Part shown: one piece after another, positions 25,701-27,550 of the stretch
Layout: every line of letters starts with the position of its first letter
How positions within the stretch are numbered: the first letter of the stretch is position 1
From: a virus
Lineage: Duplodnaviria; Caudoviricetes
Virus record (IMG/VR): IMGVR_UViG_3300020042_002365
Location: 1-27,550 of that record
Strand: one strand, 5' to 3'
Length of the DNA stretch: 27,550 nt
Program-made: the position numbers and the translations under genes
Notes under the pieces: generated by a model
What the model saw: the letters and a program-made list of their open reading frames with translations, nothing else
Databases searched by the model: none
Told to the model about the DNA's origin: nothing

Positions 25701-27550
25701 AGACATAGCAGACCGAGAAAGAGATTTCTTCCAACTGCAACCGCAAGTAGCCGAGCAAGAAGAAGCGCCAACGATCGACATGTTTGGCGCCGCTGATATG
25801 GCACAGCAACCTGCACGAACAGCGCCTACTGCACCGCCCATTACAGAGGGCTTGTTTGCTCCTACAGCCAAGCCTAAAGCCAAGGCCGCTGCTGAACTTA
25901 CCACCGGCGAGCGTGAAGCAGAGATCAGAAAGATCAATGCTGGTATCAAGCGCTTGGCTCTGGAGCAAATCAAGCTACCAGTAGAAGATGAAGTCAGAGA
26001 AGCAGAGATTGACAAGGAGATGTCTGTACTGATTGATCGCTTGAAAGAGCTGCAAGGCAAGCCCAAACAAGCACGTCCCGCTGTCGTTGAAGAAGCTCCC
26101 GTGTTGTCAGAGAAAGAACTGACTGACATGCAAAACGAGCTGGTCAAGCTGCAACAACGAAAGAGCGTCACGATTGGCGACACATCTTTCATTGATAACG
26201 AGATTGAAGATATTAAAGATGCTCTGCGTGATGCGGGCATTGATCCTCGAGAGTTTGCCATCGAGGCCAACGAAGCGCAGGGCGAAGACATTGTGAATGA
26301 TGAGCAGGCGCCAGATAACTTGCCATCCAATCAGCGTCTGCTTTTGATGCCATGCAGTGACATGAAAGGCCCAGCCAAAGCTACAGCTATGGAGCTTTAC
26401 AAGGGCGTGTTCTTCCAAACATACAAGTCCAACGTCCAGCCAGGCGCTTTTCCGCTGGTGGTGATCTTGTCTGCCAAGCACGGATTCATTAACACTAACC
26501 AAGAGATTGCCCCTTACGACGAGGTGATGTCTACGGCCAGAGCGGACACCATGCTCGCCAACCTGCCTAAGTACATAGCGAACATCAAGATCCCAAGCGG
26601 TATCACTGATGTGATGATTGTGGGTGGCAAAGAGTATCAGCGCGTCATGCGGGCGGCTGTTGCAGAGTTACAGTCGTTCGGTTTGGTCAGTCCTGAGGCA
26701 TCTATCAATGCAACATCTGGCGGTATTGGAGTGCAGCGTCAGCAGTTGGGTGAGTACCTGCGGGCGTTACAGCCAACCGTGCCGGTCATTACACAAGAAC
26801 CTTTCACAATTGATGTAGAAGCCAGACTCATTGATGAGAACGTCAAGCGCCTACCTGCCCCTGACGTTCAGAAGTTAGAGAAGCATTACGGTGTCAAGCG
26901 AGGCACAGATGATTTCGTCCAGATGGTCAAGGACGATATTGTTCGGTTCGCCAACGAGGGTGCCCAAGCTGTAGCCAAAGCTGTTCGGGAGATCATCCGC
27001 AAGTTACATGCTGGCGTGTTGTCGGCTGCAATGATCTTTAACCCCGTCAACATTTCTTCACCTGAGTTCTTATTCCATCCAAGTTACACATACAGAGAAG
27101 ACAAACAGGTGCTGGCCGAAGTACCCGAAGAGGTGATTCCACGCATGTCGCCCAGCGCAAGACAGGCTTACAAGGTTTTATATCCCAGCATTAAAGATCG
27201 ATTGATCAAGAGCGATAAGCTGATGGTGATTGCGGATAAGCCGGCGGCTCGAGTGTTTGTGTTCAAGCCTGATGGCTCTTTGTTACTTGACAAGAAAGTG
27301 CTGTATGGATCGGCCATTGGCGACTTTTACAAAGGCAACAACGATCTACCGCAGAACCGGATTACGCCTGCCGGTCTATTTACACTGGGACTGAGGGATG
27401 CCACACGTAGCGCTGGTGAAGCTCGCACAGCTGGTGAATACGACTTCAAGAAAGTGTTTGTATTGGATAAAGCCATTGGTGGCGAGTACAGCGTCACACT
27501 GATGCATTCGGTTTGGCTGAATGAATCAGATGCCCAAGCCAGAGAGAAAG
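22774..27550 (+). CDS. Giant polyvalent ejection protein (>1590 aa, 3'-truncated) with ParB/Srx-like, DUF6884-like and YkuD L,D-transpeptidase-like domains
   Basis: TAAGG SD, ATG 22774; no stop found in hand translation to the window end; motifs VISGRHR (24871-24891), CSDMK/LSAKHG/PYD (26353-26520), IADK/TPAG/MHSVW (27229-27516). Confidence 0.9.
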   Translation, partial: MAFEEFKGKLDEPTGVGFVPFTGKLDEPTSTGFVPFTGKLDEPLKKPKPIQSEPILSPEELMMGSIGAPNTEPSPVAPKKAFSFGDEFVKGAKGAVEYALPSMGRQLALQGSASAMVSRKKSLELMGKIDSGVYPSLDALKKDPVYEEMRKEGQNLSLVNSYYGNRNAPDVTAKMRGTTEKEFQAMATDTRTHLDMLNKYAQENKEKYGPRVEKFTDINWTDPAVVADFTNWLGYNMGSGAVQMAPIMLAAVVTKQPGLLVASSTMGVSEAVGNRLKFIQDQTKSLPPDQQGAAIAKYIADTGDASLITGLVSGSFDLLLGPAAKAAKASLSKSVGRVANIKQAVKELPKDIAGEAVTGSLQETTQIAAKKYLQEQGLPVTRENIQDVINAAAAEAAGAPAGTAVNVGVAALQRPAAPVAAPRQEPTSNEPEPPQGVVPPVDETDFAFVPLAPEPGGRIEPALDGAPPLVPSPAPAITPSKVEAVPGMMTDEDLAQPKNVSVTPVTVTEPEVTPAPLTEAPAETSTKDKWLKAINDQNRLQPEGGVQLTVTPEGKLNFMGDPSVTKQGRALEATLNEAIKAGATVEEIAASILSAKQPAPPVTPVTPIKPTIAAASLPETPTVPPAQTPKLFEPAPEQQALAGLPTVEVPLKDIQLSKDLPQFKVGANEKGVVEPLAGKFERMGVAPVQLWKRLDGKLEVISGRHRFDLAGRSGEATIPAQIHYESEGFDLDKATTLDSELNIRDGQGKVKDYVDYFKGSKISREEAVGKGLLARALGKRAYGIATQGEEELIAAVRGDRIGDEAAYNIAINAPNDARLQNVGLQAIMDGKSMQAATNTMQAVKAMAAERDTTTDMFGFDDSLIKEAQEMAKIAAKMQNSIASRLSAITGAAKNPAMAKAEGIDVRDPDAINRRIEELRAQKAALENWSTSPELVAEIRAARGVEAPQLELRGETEAEIRAREATQDADRQAQEAKDIADRERDFFQLQPQVAEQEEAPTIDMFGAADMAQQPARTAPTAPPITEGLFAPTAKPKAKAAAELTTGEREAEIRKINAGIKRLALEQIKLPVEDEVREAEIDKEMSVLIDRLKELQGKPKQARPAVVEEAPVLSEKELTDMQNELVKLQQRKSVTIGDTSFIDNEIEDIKDALRDAGIDPREFAIEANEAQGEDIVNDEQAPDNLPSNQRLLLMPCSDMKGPAKATAMELYKGVFFQTYKSNVQPGAFPLVVILSAKHGFINTNQEIAPYDEVMSTARADTMLANLPKYIANIKIPSGITDVMIVGGKEYQRVMRAAVAELQSFGLVSPEASINATSGGIGVQRQQLGEYLRALQPTVPVITQEPFTIDVEARLIDENVKRLPAPDVQKLEKHYGVKRGTDDFVQMVKDDIVRFANEGAQAVAKAVREIIRKLHAGVLSAAMIFNPVNISSPEFLFHPSYTYREDKQVLAEVPEEVIPRMSPSARQAYKVLYPSIKDRLIKSDKLMVIADKPAARVFVFKPDGSLLLDKKVLYGSAIGDFYKGNNDLPQNRITPAGLFTLGLRDATRSAGEARTAGEYDFKKVFVLDKAIGGEYSVTLMHSVWLNESDAQAREK
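22789..22902 (+). repeat. Three F(T/K)GKLDEP peptide repeats; last two have a 45-nt period
   Basis: FKGKLDEPT-GVGFVPFTGKLDEPT-STGFVPFTGKLDEP; GGGTTTGTGCCGTTTAC identical at 22822 and 22867. Confidence 0.9.

Larger units (their letters stand above)
1..27550 (+). mobile_element. Tailed bacteriophage (podovirus-like) late/structural region
   Basis: Over 40 co-oriented, abutting ORFs; fibre-like, holin, M15 endolysin, EndoVII homing endonuclease and ejection-like proteins; no housekeeping genes; no tape measure, sheath or tube gene recognised. Confidence 0.95.

Noticed and set aside
22767-26818. Many short ORFs on both strands suggesting a fragmented region
   Set aside because: All lie within one uninterrupted + strand frame starting at 22774
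1-27550. CRISPR array, tRNA or rRNA
   Set aside because: Intergenic gaps are at most about 30 nt; the repeats seen are in-frame coding repeats without spacers

Overview
The whole window is the late (virion morphogenesis) region of a tailed dsDNA phage with podovirus-like organisation. All genuine genes are on the + strand and tightly packed, often with TAATG/ATGA overlaps; no capsid, portal or terminase gene is in view. Order: (1) 1-4105, small Lys/Met/Gly-rich basic proteins sharing [MYFL]xxGG motifs, interrupted by an adaptor-like gene that carries an in-frame TAA at 2301; (2) 4107-12534, a second adaptor-like gene and a modular set of fibre, chaperone and Gly-rich adhesin genes, with a free-standing Endonuclease VII-type homing endonuclease; (3) 12565-14601, a membrane-protein/holin/M15 endolysin lysis cassette whose first gene appears to start at ATT; (4) 14604-17099, a nozzle-like protein and a small partner; (5) 17132 to the end, ejection/internal virion proteins behind a near-consensus sigma70 promoter. 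The last gene (22774 to >27550, missing from the ORF track because it runs off the window) is a >1590-aa polyvalent protein. My hand translation shows a ParB/Srx-like domain, a DUF6884/YaaA-like domain and a YkuD-type L,D-transpeptidase domain in it. Family names come from motif recognition from memory; no database search was run.
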